A DNA stretch of 64,000 nucleotides from Pirellulales bacterium (GCA_040901675.1 JBBDYJ010000039.1:1-64000), one strand, 5' to 3'; counted from the stretch's first letter, positions 12,048-23,542 are shown. Notes: a model not told the origin generated them from the sequence alone. Translations and numbers: made by a program.

Positions 12048-12349
12048 CCCACCAGGCCGTGCTCGCTACGGCGCGAGCCAATCAGCCGCATCTCGACACG
12101 GTTGACTGCTTTTTAAACCTGCGAAATTCTAGCCGCCTTGGGCGAGCGGATTGTCACCGGCCCGTCCGGGCAATGTAAAACCTGGGTAAAAACTGCTGGC
12201 GGGGGGTGTTTGGTTGTCTTCGTCGTTCCAATCCTCCTTCCTCCTTCCTCCTTCAACCTTCTTCCTTCTCTTTCCCGCCTTGCCGCATCCGGGCCATCTG
12301 GCCTATAAATGCCGCCATTGACACGTCTCCGCAGGCAGTCGTAACGCTC

Positions 12350-13057
12350 ATGGATGTAGCGGTTCGCGTGGTGATCCAGGCCCGTGCCGGCTCGTCGCGA
12401 TTGCCGGGCAAGATCCTCGCCTCCTTGGGCGGGCGCCCCATGCTCGCCCACGTCGTCCGGAGGATGCAGGCCGCCTCGCCCGGCTGGCAGGTGCACGTGG
12501 CCAGCACGACCGCCGCGGCCGACGATGCCACCCAGGACTTGTGCCGCCGGCTGGCTGTGCCTTGCTTCCGCGGCCCGGAGGACGACGTGCTGGCCCGCTA
12601 CCTGGCCGCCACGGCCGACCTGGCCGACGACGACCTGGCGCTGCGTGCCACGGCCGACAATCCGCTCTATTGCCCTCGTCGAAGCCGCGCCTTGGTCGAG
12701 CGGCATTGCCGCGAGGCCGCCGACTATACGTCGATCGAGAACCTCTCCTACGTCGTGCCCGAGGTGTTCCGCGTGGGCGCGCTGCGGGCCATGGCACGTC
12801 TGGCCTGCGATCCGGAAAGCCGCGAACATGTCACCCCCTTCTTTCGCCGGCGGCCGCACCGCTTCGCGGTCACCAGCTTGGCGCCCAACTGGCAAGGTCT
12901 GCGGCCCGACATCCGCCTGTCGGTCGACACGCCCGGCGACCTGGACGCGATGCGGTTGATCTTCGATCAACTCGGCGGCGGCGAGTTGATTCCGCTCGAG
13001 CAAGTCTACGAGTTCTGCGACTCGTGGCCCGGCTGGATCGCGAGGAAAACGGCATGA
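12350..13057 (+). CDS. SpsF-like cytidylyltransferase family protein
   Basis: IQARAGSSRLPGK, GPEDDVLARY, TADNP, REHVT and RLSVDT motifs. Confidence 0.85.
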   Translation: MDVAVRVVIQARAGSSRLPGKILASLGGRPMLAHVVRRMQAASPGWQVHVASTTAAADDATQDLCRRLAVPCFRGPEDDVLARYLAATADLADDDLALRATADNPLYCPRRSRALVERHCREAADYTSIENLSYVVPEVFRVGALRAMARLACDPESREHVTPFFRRRPHRFAVTSLAPNWQGLRPDIRLSVDTPGDLDAMRLIFDQLGGGELIPLEQVYEFCDSWPGWIARKTA

Positions 13058-14058
13058 GCGAAAGGGCCATCTCGCAGCTCCGTGTGGCGGTGGTCGGCTA
13101 CGGGTCGATCGGCCGGCGGCATTTCGACAACCTGGGCCGGCTGGGCGTCGCCAGCCGGATCGTGGTTCGCCGCCCGCATGGCGCCAACGCCGCCTTCACG
13201 CCTCCGGCCGACACGCGGGTCGTGCATTCACACCGCGAGGCATTGGCCGAGGGCTTGGACCTGGCGATCATCGCCAACCCGACGCGTTTGCACGTCATGA
13301 CGGCGCTGGAGTACGCCGAAGCGGGCGTGGCCGTCCTGGTGGAAAAGCCGCTGGCCGCCGAGCTGTCCGAGTGCGGCAGGCTCGTCGAGTTGGCCTCGCA
13401 CAGCGGCGTGCCGATCGGCATGGCCTATTGCCTGCGCTACCACCCTGCTTATGCCGCCGCGCGCGCTGCGATCGCCCAAGGGCGTGTGGGGCGCCTGTTG
13501 TATGGCAAGGCCTGGTTCGAGGACTATCTGCCCGACTGGCATCCTTGGGAAGACTATCGAGACGGTTATGCGGCCCGCCTCGACCTGGGCGGCGGCGTGC
13601 TGCCGACGCTGGATCACGAGCTCGACTTTCTCAACTGGTGTCTCGGCGCTCCGGCGTCGGCCACGGGTTGCGCGCTTCGCTCCGGGGCGCTCGATATGGA
13701 CGCGCCGGATGTTGCCATGCTTGCGATCCGCTATCCCGGCGGCGTCGCGGTCGATGCCGTGCTGAGTCTCTGCCGCCGCGATCGTACGCGAGGCTTCGAG
13801 TTCGTGGGCAGCGAGGCGACTCTGCGTTTTCGATTCGAAACCGGGCGGCTGGAGTTGGCGGCCGGCCCGGACAGGCCGCCCGAACTGGCCTGGCACGATC
13901 CCGCTTATGACCTGAACCAGATGTACCTCGGCATGCTGGCCGATTTTCTCGAGCACCTCGTGAGGCCCCGGCCGCAGCCTCCCGTGCCGTTGGCCGCCGG
14001 CATCGACTCGCTGAGTCTGATCGAGATGGCGCTGCCGCTAGAGAGGCTGGAGGCTTGA
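13054..14058 (+). CDS. Gfo/Idh/MocA family oxidoreductase
   Basis: VVGYGSIGRRH, VLVEKP, YLPDWHPWEDY and GGG...HELD; ATGA overlap with the upstream gene. Confidence 0.9.
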   Translation: MSERAISQLRVAVVGYGSIGRRHFDNLGRLGVASRIVVRRPHGANAAFTPPADTRVVHSHREALAEGLDLAIIANPTRLHVMTALEYAEAGVAVLVEKPLAAELSECGRLVELASHSGVPIGMAYCLRYHPAYAAARAAIAQGRVGRLLYGKAWFEDYLPDWHPWEDYRDGYAARLDLGGGVLPTLDHELDFLNWCLGAPASATGCALRSGALDMDAPDVAMLAIRYPGGVAVDAVLSLCRRDRTRGFEFVGSEATLRFRFETGRLELAAGPDRPPELAWHDPAYDLNQMYLGMLADFLEHLVRPRPQPPVPLAAGIDSLSLIEMALPLERLEA

Positions 14059-14153
14059 GGGCAGAAGGCAGAAGGCAGAAGTCAGAAGGCAGAAGGCAGA
14101 AGTCAGGAAGGGCAACCACCACTCGCCCAGCGAGGGGACCAAATTACGATCGC

Positions 14154-14975
14154 ATGAGCCGAGAATCTTCCAACGCCGCCCAATTCGTGTCGAGCCTGTT
14201 CGGCCTCGAGGGCCAGGTGGCGGCCGTGGTGGGCGCCGCCGGCCGCATCGGCCGCGTGCTTTCACGGGCCCTGGCTTCGGCGGGCGCCCAGGTGTGCCTC
14301 TTGGATCTCGATGGCGATGCGGCGGCCCTGCTTGCGGGGGAAATCTCCGCATCGTCGGGCCGGCGGGCGTTGGGTCTGGCCGCCGACGCCACGGACCCCG
14401 GCAGCCTCGACGAGGCCGTGCGGCGCATTGGGGACGAACTGGGCCCGCCGCGGTTGCTCGTGAATTCGGCCCAGTATCGGGGCGCGGGTTTTTATTCATC
14501 GCGAGTCGAAGACTACCCGCTGGCCGCGTGGGAAAAAGTGATCCAGGTGAACCTGACCGGCGTACACCTGGCCTGCCAGGCATTCGGCCGCTCGATGGCG
14601 GAGCACGGGGGCGGCTCGATCGTCAACATCGCCTCGACGTACGCCCTGGTGTCGCCCGATCCGCGGATCTACGGCGACTCGGGCGTGAACTCGCCGGTCT
14701 CGTACGCGGCGGCCAAGGCGGGCGTGGTCAACCTCACCCGCTACCTGGCCGTCCACTGGCGCGAGCAGCACATCCGCGTCAACTGCCTGGCGCCCGGCGG
14801 CGTGTTCGACGACCAGGAGGCCCGGTTCGTCGAGCAATACTGCCAGCGCACGCCGCTGGGCCGGATGGCCCGGGCCGAAGACTACCAGGGCGCCGTACTC
14901 TTCATGCTCTCTGCGGCCAGCGCCTACATGACCGGCGCGGTGGTGACGGTCGACGGCGGCTGGACGGCCTGGTAG
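14154..14975 (+). CDS. Short-chain dehydrogenase/reductase (PtmA-like)
   Basis: GAAGRIG, NIASTY, YAAAK, PGG and VDGGWTAW motifs. Confidence 0.88.
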   Translation: MSRESSNAAQFVSSLFGLEGQVAAVVGAAGRIGRVLSRALASAGAQVCLLDLDGDAAALLAGEISASSGRRALGLAADATDPGSLDEAVRRIGDELGPPRLLVNSAQYRGAGFYSSRVEDYPLAAWEKVIQVNLTGVHLACQAFGRSMAEHGGGSIVNIASTYALVSPDPRIYGDSGVNSPVSYAAAKAGVVNLTRYLAVHWREQHIRVNCLAPGGVFDDQEARFVEQYCQRTPLGRMARAEDYQGAVLFMLSAASAYMTGAVVTVDGGWTAW

Positions 14976-14979
14976 GTGC

Positions 14980-16446
14980 CTAGAGCAGGATGTCGCGGAC
15001 GACGTGGCCTTCGACGTCGGTGAGGCGGAAGTCGCGGCCCTGGAAGCGGTAGGTGAGCCGCTCGTGGTCGATGCCCAGGCAGTGCAGGATCGTGGCGTTC
15101 AGGTCGTGAACGTGCACCGGCTTGTCGATCACGTTGTAGCTGAAGTCGTCGGTCTCGCCGTGGCTGATCCCCGGCTTCACGCCGCCGCCGGCCATCCACA
15201 TGGTGAAACAACGCGGATGGTGATCGCGGCCGTAGTTCTCCTTGGTCAGCGTTCCCTGGCTGTATATCGTGCGGCCGAACTCGCCGCCCCAAACCACCAG
15301 CGTGTCGTCGAGCATGCCCCGCATCTTCAGATCCTTGATCAACGCCGCACTCGCCTGGTCGACGTCCTTGGCCATCAAGCGGATGTTGACGGGCAGGTCG
15401 CCGTGGTGGTCCCAGCCGCGGATGAAAACCTGCGTGAAAGGCACGCCCCGCTCGGCCAGCCGCCGGGCCAGCAGGCAGTTGTAGGCGAACGAGCCCGGCT
15501 GGTTGGCCTCGGGTCCGTAGAGATCGAGCACGTGCTGGGGCTCGGTCGAGATGTCGGTCAGCTCCGGCACCGAGGTCTGCATTCGGAAGGCCATCTCGTA
15601 CTGCGCGATCCGCGTGGCGATCTCCGGGTCGCCGTCGACCTGCTGCCGCTTCTCGTTCAATTCGGCCAGTCCGTCCAGCATCCGCCGCCTGGAGCGCTCG
15701 CTCACGCCCGGCGGGTTCGACAAGTAGAGCACCGGGTCGCCCGTCGAGCGCATCGCCACGCCCTGGTGCTTGGTGGGCAGGAAGCCGGCGCCCCACAGCC
15801 GCGAGAAGAGAGCCTGTGAACCCGACTTCGAGCTCCACTTCGAGTGCAGCACCACGAAGGCCGGCAGGGCCTGGTTCGGGCTGCCGATGCCGTACGACAG
15901 CCAGGCGCCCGCGCTGGGCCGGCCCGGCAACTGGCTGCCGGTCTGGATGAAGGTGATGGCCGGATCGTGGTTGATGGCCTCGGTGTGCATGGTCTTGATG
16001 ATCGCGATGTCGTCGACGACCGAGCCGACGTGCGGCAGCAATTCGCTGATCCAGGTGCCGCTGCGGCCGTGCTGGTGGAACTTGAACAGCGAGGGAGCGA
16101 TCGCCAGCCGCGCCTGGCCGGAGGTCATCGTGGTGATCCGCTGGCCCATCCGGACCGACTCGGGCAGGTCCTGGTCGAACATCTCCTGCATCTTCGGCTT
16201 GTAATCGAACAAGTCGAGCTGCGAGGGCGCGTCGGCCATGAACAGCCAGATCACCCGCTTGGCCGTGGGCGCGAAGTGCAGCGACTCCATATTGCCCGGT
16301 ACCGTGTAAGCGGGTGAGCCGCTGGCGGCCTGCAGCAGCCGCGGGTTCAACAGCGACCCCAGGGCCACCGAGCCGATGCCCGCCGCCGCCCGGCCGAAGA
16401 AATGCCGGCGAGTTTCCCGCAATGCCAGTTCGTGCAACGGGTCCAT
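14980..16446 (-). CDS. DUF1501 domain protein with Tat-type signal
   Basis: [15 protein letters not shown]...[28 protein letters not shown] and RLTDVEG. Confidence 0.9.
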   Translation of the reverse strand: MDPLHELALRETRRHFFGRAAAGIGSVALGSLLNPRLLQAASGSPAYTVPGNMESLHFAPTAKRVIWLFMADAPSQLDLFDYKPKMQEMFDQDLPESVRMGQRITTMTSGQARLAIAPSLFKFHQHGRSGTWISELLPHVGSVVDDIAIIKTMHTEAINHDPAITFIQTGSQLPGRPSAGAWLSYGIGSPNQALPAFVVLHSKWSSKSGSQALFSRLWGAGFLPTKHQGVAMRSTGDPVLYLSNPPGVSERSRRRMLDGLAELNEKRQQVDGDPEIATRIAQYEMAFRMQTSVPELTDISTEPQHVLDLYGPEANQPGSFAYNCLLARRLAERGVPFTQVFIRGWDHHGDLPVNIRLMAKDVDQASAALIKDLKMRGMLDDTLVVWGGEFGRTIYSQGTLTKENYGRDHHPRCFTMWMAGGGVKPGISHGETDDFSYNVIDKPVHVHDLNATILHCLGIDHERLTYRFQGRDFRLTDVEGHVVRDILL

Positions 16447-16465
16447 GGTTCCACCCTTCAGCGCG

Positions 16466-19400
16466 CTATCGCTTGGTTACTGTTTCGTCCAGGTTCAAGA
16501 TCAGGTTGGCCACCATCGTCCAGGCAGCCAGCTCGGCGACGTCCAGCGACTCGTTTCGTTTCGAGTCTCCCACTGCCACAAGTTTTGCGGCCGCCTCGGG
16601 GTCGGACTGGTACTCTGCCAACTGCTCCGAGTACGTCCGCGCCAACACTGCCACTTCGTCCGGATCGGCATGCCGGGCGGTGGCCAGGCGGAAGCCGAAG
16701 GCTGAGCGCTCCTCGGGACTGCTGGGCGCCTCGGTCATGATCCGCTCGGCCAGGTGCCGGGCCACTTCGACGTACTGCGTGTCGTTCATCAGCACCAGCG
16801 CCTGCAAGGGCGTGTTGGTCCGCGCCCGCCGCACCGTGCACGTCTCGCGCGAGGGGGCGTCGAACATGGTCAACATCGGCGGAGGGCTGGTCCGCTTCCA
16901 GAAGGTATAGATTCCGCGCCGATAGAGCGGGTCGCCCTCGTCTTTCTTGTAGATCGAGGTGGTGCTGCCCACGAATCCGACCGCTTCCCAGAGCCCCTCG
17001 GGCTGGTAGGGCTTCACGCTGCGCCCGCCCAGCCGCTCGACCAGCAGGCCGCTGGCCGCCAGCGCGCTGTCGCGGATGATCTCGGCGTCGAGCCGGAAGC
17101 GGGGCCCGCGGGCCAGCAGTTGGTTCTCCGGGTCGCGCTCGAAAAGCTCGGGGGTGACCCGCGACGACTGCCGGTACGTGCCCGACATCACGATCAGCTT
17201 CTGCATCTGCTTGATGTTCCAGCCGCTGTCGATGAACCGCGTCGCCAGCCAGTCGAGCAGGGCCGGGTGCGTCGGCCATTGCCCCTGGACGCCGAAATCC
17301 TCGGCCGTCTTCACCAGGCCCAGGCCAAAATAGTGCTGCCAGTACCGGTTCACGGCCACGCGGGCCGTCAGCGGGTGCTTTGGATCGACCAGCCACTGGG
17401 CGAAACCCAACCGGTTCGCCGGCGCCCCTTCGGGCATGGCGTTCAGAACGGCGGGCACGCCGGGCGACACTTGCTCACCCTTCTTGTCGTAGGCCCCACG
17501 CACCAAGATGAAAGTCTCGCGCGGCTTGGGCATGTCGGCCATGACCATCGAGCGCGCGACGGCGGCGTCCAGGTCGGCCAACTGCTTGTTCACCGCGGCG
17601 ACTTGCTCGTTGAGAGGCCGCAGCAGGTCCTTCGTTCCCGCGTAGGCGTGCTCCAGGAAGTGCTTGCGGATCAGCGCCTTTTGCTCGTCGCTGCGCGTGG
17701 GCGGGTCGGCGGCGAGGGCGGCCTTGACCGGCTCGGGCAGCCGCTTCGAAGGCTGGACACGTTGGGCGGCCTCCCAGGCGGCCAGCGATTCGAACCGCTG
17801 TCCGGCCTGCGGCGTGCGGGTGACGATGCCCGCCTTATCCCAGAAGACCGTACCGTCGTGCTGCGTGAAGGCCCAGCCGTTGATTTTGGCCCCCGGCTTC
17901 AGATCGACCTTGGCCGCTTCGACCTCCAGCCGCACCCACTGGCCGGCCTCGGGCAGCGGCCCCATGGCCAGGCGGCTGGGCGTGCCGGTGGTGCCGAAGC
18001 CGATCACGTCCTCACCCCAGAATGCCCGGTGTTCCCAGCTTCCGTCGTTGAACTGCAGCATGATGGCCTTGGGCGGATCGCTGGGGTCGAGGAAGACATG
18101 CGCCACCAGCTTGTCGCCTTCGCCCACGACCAGCGGCTCGGCTTCCAGGAAGACGCGCTGGTGCCGCCCCTGGCCGCTGGCCAAGAGCGATTTCTTGCCG
18201 CTGTAGACCGGACGATCGAGCTGCGACACGAACTTCCACTCCGCTTCGGCCGACGGCTTGGCCCCGGCCGGCAATTCATCGTCGATCCAGACAAACTCGT
18301 GCGGTCCCGCCGGGGCGGTCGAGGCTCCGGGCGGCTCGCTGTAGTCGATCTTGGCCAGCTCGGCGGCGATCTGCTCTTGCAAGGCGGCCACCTGGGCCTC
18401 GAGCGACTTCTGCTGGGCCTCCTGCTCGGCCGTGGGCAGCTTGATGATCGGCGGCGGCGCAATGGCGTTGCCGTCCATGGCGGCCTCGGCGACGCCATTG
18501 AAGAACGCGAACAACTGGTAGAATTCTTTCTGGGTGATCGGGTCGAACTTGTGGTCGTGGCAGACCGCGCAGCCGGTGGTCAACCCCATCCAGACGGTGG
18601 AGGTCGTCTCCACGCGGTCGACGGCATAGCGGACGAGCACTTCGTCGTCGATCGAGCCCCCCTCGCTGGTCGATACGTTGCAGCGATTGAATCCCGTGGC
18701 CACCCGCTGGTCGAGCGTCGGTTCGGGCAGAAGGTCGCCGGCCAGTTGCTCGATCGTGAACTGGTCGAAGGGCTGGTTGCGGTTGAAGGCCTCGATGACC
18801 CAGTCGCGGTAGGGCCAGAGCGACCGCTCGTTGTCGAAGTGCAGGCCGTGCGTGTCGCCGTAGCGGGCCGCGTCGAGCCAGTAGCGTGCCAGGTGCTCGC
18901 CGTACCTGGGGAAGCCAGCAGGCGATCGACGAGGCGCTCGTAGGCGCCTTGGGAGTCGTCGGCCAGGAAGGCGTCGATTTCGGCCGGCGTGGTGGGCAGG
19001 CCGGTGAGGTCGAGGGTGACGCGGCGGATCAGCGTTTCCTTGTCCGCCTCCGGGGAGGGTTCGAGTCCTTCCTTTTCGAGGCGGGCCAGGATGAAGCGGT
19101 CGATTTCGTTGCGGACGAGCTGCTCGTGGGCGACGGCCGGCGGCACGGGGCGCTCGGGCGGAATAAACGCCCAGTGGGCCCGATACTCGCCCCCTTCGTC
19201 GATCCACCGCTTCAGGAGCTCGATTTCCTCCGGCTTGAGCGTCTTGCCCGTGGCGGGCGGGGGCATCCGCATGCTCTTGTCTTCGGCGGTGATCCGCTCG
19301 ACCAACCCGCTGATCTCGCTGTCGCCCGGCACGACCGCCTGGGCGCCCGACAGCAGCTCGGCCACGGCCCCTTCGCGGGTATCGAGCCGCAGGTCGGCCT

Positions 19401-19572
19401 GCCGCTCGGCCTCGTCGAAGCCGTGGCACTTGAAGCAGTTGTTGGAGAGTATCGGCCGTATGTCGCGGTTGTAATCGACGGTCGGCTCGGCCAGCGCGGA
19501 CCAGGCCGAGCTTGCCAGCAGCGAGACAGCAAACGAACCGCGGGCCAACCAGGCTAAGGAGGGGCGTGTCAT
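16466..19572 (-). CDS. Planctomycete cytochrome c + DUF1549/DUF1553 (PSD1) protein, interrupted by a 1-bp frameshift near 18910
   Basis: N-terminal part has CFKCHG, RMPP, HWAF and [12 protein letters not shown]-terminal part has [29 protein letters not shown] and NTPLQAL; the frames switch at a C4 run. Confidence 0.88.
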
Positions 19573-19644
19573 CAGGCGGGACCTTCGTACAGGCGGGAGC
19601 ATCTGATTGTACAGCCTTGAACCGTGCCTGGGAAGCCCCGGAAG

Positions 19645-21735
19645 TCACGTTCCGATGGCCAAGGCCATTCGCCAAAGTTCTCGCATGCGGGCGTCGTTGG
19701 CGGCGGCCCGGGCCGAGCGCCGCTTGGCGCGCTCCAGGCGCTTGGCCGGCGCAAGCTGGCTGACGCGGTCCTGCTTCAACAGCTTGTCTTCGTCCCGGTA
19801 CCACTGCAACAACTCGCGCTTGAGCAGGTTCTCGCCCTCGACCATCCGCTCCTCGAGCGCGGCCAGTTGGGCCAGTCCGGCCTGCAGCTCATCACCGTCA
19901 GCGGCCCCCAACGCGACACCGACGAGCGAGACCGCGGCCTGGCCCGTGCTGAAATCGACCAGGTACCGCGCCTTCAGCGTTCCGAGCACGTGCTCCTGAA
20001 CGAGCCAGGGCAAGCCTCGGCGGAACAGGCACATCAGCCCGTCCGGGCGGCCCCGCTTGTACTGGGCGTAGAACACGACACGGCCTTCTTCGTTCCAGAT
20101 GCGCAGTGGACCGTCGCGGCGAGCCTCCTCGTAGAACGCCACGATCATCGGCTGCTTGTTCAAGTAGCTGGTCACCGACGGCCCGTGAAGCAGGCCCTTC
20201 TGATAGCCGAACAAGCCGCCCGTCTCGCCGTTGGGGTAAAGTTGCATGAAAGGCCCGAACTCCTGCTCGGCGCCCGAACCGCTCTTCAGCCGCTGCACTT
20301 CCGCCGGGTTGATATTCACCATCTGATCCGTAAGCGCGGAACCGGAATCGAGCGCGACCTGGCCGAACGAGCCGGCCCTGGGCAACGCCGACAACCTCAC
20401 GCGCACCGCCGAGCGGCGAGCCATCAGCTCAACGATTGCCGCCGACGAGATGGCGAGCGTCTGCGGTAACCCGTCCTCGGCTCCCCAGGCCGCCATGGCC
20501 ACCACCTCACCGCGAGCGTTGACGATCGGGGCGCCGCTATCACCCAATCCGATGGGGACTGTCGCACCGACCCAGCCCGCCGAGGTGTCGAGCCCGTGGA
20601 GGCGGTAGCGGACGCGCCGGGCCGCGGCCTGGAGCTGCTGGCGCAGCTCGTCGCCCCCGAGCAGCGCAGCGATGGTTCCCTGGCTGGCGCGGACGGGAAA
20701 CCGATCGGTTGATAGGACCAGGACGGGCTCTCCCACTCGAGCCGCGGCCAGAGCGAGCGGCGGCGGGCCGGGCTGCGGCGAATCCATGCTGAGCAAGGCG
20801 AGGTTCTTCCGGCCTTCCAAGGCGACATAGCCCGACACAGCCGCGGTCCGGCGATTGGGAAAAACGGCAGTGGCCGAGACGGCTTCTTCAATCAAGTGGA
20901 ACGTGGTGGCGACCGTGCCTTGTTCGTCGACGAGAAAGCCGAGTCCTTTTTCGCGTCCGGCTGCCGTTACGACGTGCAGCACGACTACCGACGCGCCTGC
21001 CTGCCGCAGCAGTTTCTCAGTGTCCAGGCCACTCGGCTCGGGCGGTATCTCGACGGGCGACGGCGTGGATTGCGGCGGCAGCCAGGTCTGCGGCGGCGCC
21101 GACATGGGCAGCGGAGGCGCGACGGACCCGCCGCCCAAGGTCAGCTCGCCGGCAACGGGGGCGCCAGCGCGGTCCGGCACGTTAGCCAACCGCGGTGAGG
21201 AATCGATCAAGGCCCACAGGCCGACGACGAGCGCCAGCATCAGGCAAGCCGCAACCAGCACGAGCCGTCGCATGGCCTTCGGGGTGATGCGAACCACGGT
21301 GGCGCCGTCGCGAGGCGGTGGAGCACGGCGCGCGGGGCTCGGCGGTCCAGCGGGCGCGAGCTGCGGGCCCGGCGGGGGCGGCTCGGAGAGAACGAGGTCG
21401 GCCAGATGGTTGTTCTTGGGGTTGTCCACTGCTCGCCGCCTGCTCGGCAGCGCGCCACTTTGGCGCAAGAGCGCATTGTCGTAAGCTTCCTTGGCGGCGG
21501 GATCGAGCAGGCACGACTTTGCCGCCTCGATTTCCAGCACCGTGCGGCGGGCCAGCCGCGCGTGCTGGCCGGCAAGGTGCGCTTCGAGCTTGAGAAGTTG
21601 GTCCTTGGCCGCCTGCTCGATCGCCTGGCGGTCGTCCTCGAACAGGCTCAGCCCCAGCAGGTGATACTGGCTCAGCGGGCGGGAGGGCTCTTCGATCCCC
21701 AGCCAATCGGCGTAGGGGTCCATGTCCTGCTGCAT
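19645..21735 (-). CDS. Membrane-anchored trypsin-like serine protease with an N-terminal J-like/helical domain and C-terminal MORN-variant-like repeats
   Basis: DPYADWLGI...YHLLGL N-terminus, Pro-rich linker, TM, GLGFLV-TTFHLI-GDSGAPIVN, then YPNGE/HGP/DGP repeats. Confidence 0.75.
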   Translation of the reverse strand: MQQDMDPYADWLGIEEPSRPLSQYHLLGLSLFEDDRQAIEQAAKDQLLKLEAHLAGQHARLARRTVLEIEAAKSCLLDPAAKEAYDNALLRQSGALPSRRRAVDNPKNNHLADLVLSEPPPPGPQLAPAGPPSPARRAPPPRDGATVVRITPKAMRRLVLVAACLMLALVVGLWALIDSSPRLANVPDRAGAPVAGELTLGGGSVAPPLPMSAPPQTWLPPQSTPSPVEIPPEPSGLDTEKLLRQAGASVVVLHVVTAAGREKGLGFLVDEQGTVATTFHLIEEAVSATAVFPNRRTAAVSGYVALEGRKNLALLSMDSPQPGPPPLALAAARVGEPVLVLSTDRFPVRASQGTIAALLGGDELRQQLQAAARRVRYRLHGLDTSAGWVGATVPIGLGDSGAPIVNARGEVVAMAAWGAEDGLPQTLAISSAAIVELMARRSAVRVRLSALPRAGSFGQVALDSGSALTDQMVNINPAEVQRLKSGSGAEQEFGPFMQLYPNGETGGLFGYQKGLLHGPSVTSYLNKQPMIVAFYEEARRDGPLRIWNEEGRVVFYAQYKRGRPDGLMCLFRRGLPWLVQEHVLGTLKARYLVDFSTGQAAVSLVGVALGAADGDELQAGLAQLAALEERMVEGENLLKRELLQWYRDEDKLLKQDRVSQLAPAKRLERAKRRSARAAANDARMRELWRMALAIGT

Positions 21736-21797
21736 CGCGCGCTCCTTTGCATCACGGCGGTCACAAGTTTGGCGGGCCGCACTGGCCGGCTGCTCGC

Positions 21798-22712
21798 CTA
21801 TTGGACCACTCCCCCGCTGCCTCCGCGGTCGAACACGCCCAATCCTCCTTCCGCGATCGGCATCAAGCGGTACTCGAATCCCAGGCCGATCAATTCGTTC
21901 TTCAGGTGCACGAACGAATCGAATGAATCCTCCCAAATCACAACGGCGATGTAATGCCGGCCGCTGTGGAACAGGGACAGCCGATTGCGCATCGCGGCCT
22001 TGGACGGCTCACCGCCGTCGATCGGGACCCCCGCATACGGCTTGGGCATCGTCTCGGAATAATTCGGATTCTCAGCGACAACGACGAATTCGTCGGTGTT
22101 CAAACCGGTTCGTGTCCCGGCCGCATCGTAGGTGTGCCAGACGTACAGCCGCCCAAAGCGCACGACCAGTCCCACTTCCAGGCGGGCCGTGGGACGCAAG
22201 CGAGGGAGTCGGGCGGCCTGCGAGCGGGAGGCGATTTCCGAATCGAGCGCTTCCTGCGCGTGAATGGCTTGCTCCTGGGCGCCGGCCAGGGATGCATCGA
22301 GCTCGTCGAGCTGGCCGGCGGTCTCCTCCAGCCGGGTTTCAATCGAGGCGATGGAACCCAGCAGCGTCGAGCGCTCGGCGGCCAACCGGTCGCGAGAGGC
22401 TTCCAACACCTTCACATCGGCGATGAGACCGACGTTTTCCGGCCGGGCAAACTGCAGGTGCAACCGGCTCTGCTGGGCCGCGGCGGCCTGGAGGCTTTCC
22501 AACTGGGCTTGGGCCTGGGTGACGTCTTTTTGGAGGACGGCCAGCTCGACGGCCGAGAGGTTTTCGGCCTGGGTGCTTGGCAGGGCCTTCCCGCTCAGGT
22601 GCAACAGCACGGCGACCAGGATGGCCATGAACAGCACGCCGCCGAACGTGTTGCAGATGGTGTCCAGCAACAACTCCAGGCTGCTCGGTGGTGCCTTGCG
22701 GCGGCGGGTCAT
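21798..22712 (-). CDS. Single-TM coiled-coil protein with an ExbD/MotB-like Asp-containing TM
   Basis: SLELLLDTICNTFGGVLFMAILV, a long heptad region and a C-terminal beta/alpha domain; 4-bp overlap with the upstream gene. Confidence 0.65.
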   Translation of the reverse strand: MTRRRKAPPSSLELLLDTICNTFGGVLFMAILVAVLLHLSGKALPSTQAENLSAVELAVLQKDVTQAQAQLESLQAAAAQQSRLHLQFARPENVGLIADVKVLEASRDRLAAERSTLLGSIASIETRLEETAGQLDELDASLAGAQEQAIHAQEALDSEIASRSQAARLPRLRPTARLEVGLVVRFGRLYVWHTYDAAGTRTGLNTDEFVVVAENPNYSETMPKPYAGVPIDGGEPSKAAMRNRLSLFHSGRHYIAVVIWEDSFDSFVHLKNELIGLGFEYRLMPIAEGGLGVFDRGGSGGVVQ

Positions 22713-23542
22713 TTGATTCCGGCTCCATCGACGGGATCGATCACGGTTTGACCGGCGCCGATGACGTCGAAGCCGATGTCGAAGCCCAGCGGCTCCAGCG
22801 AAGACTGCAATTCCGCGAACAACTCGATTGTGCCCGGCCTGATAAGAAACACGAAGTACTCCGAGCTGCTGGAGCGATCCGCCACCCAGGCCATGAAGCC
22901 GCGCCGCCGCATCGTGGACAGGGAGCTATCAAACACCATGGGCGCTTCGGCGCGGCCGAGGCGCGCCGTGACGATCCGGTCCGGCTGGAGATCGACCAGC
23001 CAGGCCCGCTTGGCGTCACCGGGGCTGGGGTTGTAGATCAGCTTGTTCTGCCGCTTGAGCTTTTCGACCCGCTCCAGATCGTCCTGCGCCTGGGCGCGAA
23101 CGGCGGCCAGCTTGCGGCGGTCGCCGTCGCGAGCGGCACTGCTCTCATTCATCGCAGTCTGGCGGGTGTGGGCCTGGGCCTGCCGCGTTTTCAATTCGGC
23201 GATCTCGCGCCCCAAGCGATCGATCTGCTCTTGCGTCGCCTTGCCGCGCTGGCGCAACTGGCTGGGCGTCGCCGCGGCCAGCTCCTCGATCTCCGCCTCG
23301 TTACGGGCGAGTTGAGCCTGAAGTCTGGCCGCTTCGGCCCGGGCACTCTCCAGCACTTGCCGCAGGCGTTGGGCCGTCGCGGCCGACTCCGCCGATGGCC
23401 CGGGCGAAGCATGCCGCTGGGCCAGCTCGACGGCCAGCAGCAGGGTCAAAAGGATGATGATCGCCGTAACCGACGTGATGATGTCCTGGAATGCGAACAG
23501 CGAGAACGCGGCGGCATGGCGTCGGCGGCGCGACATGATCAA
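22709..23542 (-). CDS. Single-TM coiled-coil protein with an ExbD/MotB-like Asp-containing TM
   Basis: FSLFAFQDIITSVTAIIILL, coiled coil, C-terminal FVFLIRPG...LGFDIG; 4-bp overlap with the MotA-like gene. Confidence 0.65.
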   Translation of the reverse strand: MIMSRRRRHAAAFSLFAFQDIITSVTAIIILLTLLLAVELAQRHASPGPSAESAATAQRLRQVLESARAEAARLQAQLARNEAEIEELAAATPSQLRQRGKATQEQIDRLGREIAELKTRQAQAHTRQTAMNESSAARDGDRRKLAAVRAQAQDDLERVEKLKRQNKLIYNPSPGDAKRAWLVDLQPDRIVTARLGRAEAPMVFDSSLSTMRRRGFMAWVADRSSSSEYFVFLIRPGTIELFAELQSSLEPLGFDIGFDVIGAGQTVIDPVDGAGIK

